A stretch of DNA of 64,000 nucleotides from Camelus dromedarius (Eukaryota), in assembly GCF_036321535.1 (NCBI RefSeq), contig NC_087447.1, positions 34,722,001 through 34,786,000 of the forward strand. Direction: 5' to 3'. Shown in pieces: positions 62,886 to 64,000 of the stretch. The notes beneath the pieces were generated by a model. It was not told where the DNA came from. It searched no databases and saw only the letters and a program-made list of their open reading frames with translations. A program made the position numbers and the translations under genes. Numbering within the stretch: the stretch's first letter is position 1; every line of letters starts with the position of its first letter.

Positions 62886-64000
62886 TAACATTTTCATTTG
62901 GCCAGTGAGGGCCCCGTTGGAAGAAAAGGAAAATTTATCTAACGTCAGAGGCATATTCTGAGGAAGGAGTTCTTGGTTCCCTTGGAGAAACAAAGTTTAT
63001 TTCCTATGTTCTTCCCCTCTTGATCCTCCATGTGGCTCCACTTTTATAGAAGTGAAAATGGCCTTGGAAAAGCTATTGCTTGGCCAAGGATACCCAGCTA
63101 AGTCCCACGTGCTTCCTACCACATCTTGGGAGATGAGAAAGGAAAGACAGGAACTGGGGTGCTCCCTGCCCTACACTGGTCTGCCCAGCATCTACCCTGG
63201 GCTTCCCGCTGTCTACAGACAAGGGGCTGCAGCTCCAGTCCTTTCACCACAATTTCCAAATGGCCCAGCTCCGGGGATGGGGAAAGCAGCAGGAAGGATT
63301 CTCATTTCGTCCACACTCAAGGAACTACCACATCAAATCCTCCATGAGCACCAAAAGAAAGAATGAGCTACAATGTACTCAACACGCACCTCCTTGATTC
63401 CCTGCTATGGGACGAACTGTAACTTAAGAACTGATATGTGCCTTCCCTGGTCAGGGTCTTAAAGGATCGTCGTAGTGTCTATTTCCTGCATGTTTACTAC
63501 ATGCCAGGCACTGTGCTACACATCTTAAAGGCATTATCTTTACATGCTAGGATGATGAAGTCACTGAGGCTCCCAGAGATTAAAACACAGTTAAATGTGT
63601 GCAAGGATTTAACCCATGTCTGTGGGCCCTCCATCCATCCATTACCCATCTCCCTCCAGATGCATGCCCAGCAGCTCTAGTAGGAACCAAGCACACTGTT
63701 TCTGGGTATTCTAAGCATTTGTAAGCTCACCCCTTGCAAATATACATGTTTTGTTTGCACAACAAAGTACGGCTAAGGGGAGGTTTCCACAGTGACTTAT
63801 TAGAGATCCCTCTTCTTCCACACCACTGGAGAACCAATTTGAACTATTTTCTCCCTAAGCACCTCTGCCTTTGCTTTTATAAGCCTACTTGGGGGCCATG
63901 TGGGTGATTCCTGGTGTAAGAAATGGCTCCTACCTTTAGGGTGTTTATAGTATCATTGAGGAAGACAGTATATACACACAAATCAATGAAGAAAGAAAGC

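Noticed and set aside
1..64000. CRISPR array, operon-like system or endogenous viral coding genes
   Set aside because: Eukaryotic intron-exon locus with no repeat-spacer arrays; only solo LTR and LINE fossils, and no intact gag/pol/env or transposase ORF

Overview
Mammalian genomic DNA, most likely from a camelid: it carries a tRNA-Ala-derived Vic-1-like SINE, and I saw no Alu, BovB or PRE-1 elements. The right part holds one complete protein-coding gene, E2F8 (atypical E2F repressor, + strand). It has a CpG-island promoter at ~45.05-47.17 kb, a non-coding first exon, and 12 coding exons from ATG 47979 to TAA 62303. All introns are GT-AG, the spliced CDS is 2598 nt (865 aa), and the 3' UTR runs to ~62.88 kb. 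The first ~45 kb has no supportable coding gene; it is a mosaic of old repeats (L1, L2, CR1/L3, MIR, MaLR LTRs, hAT and Tigger DNA elements) with a few unique segments that look regulatory. I found no evidence of a new multi-gene system. The best leads are regulatory: an overlapping uORF whose stop overlaps E2F8 Met18 (TGATG), a duplicated cell-cycle promoter module with three candidate first-exon donors, a MER121-like palindromic element between divergent CTCF motifs, a (TG)23(CG)12 tract, a SINE inserted at a splice donor, and overlapping miR-144/Pumilio sites in the 3' UTR. Repeat family names come from recall of consensus sequences, and repeat boundaries are approximate.
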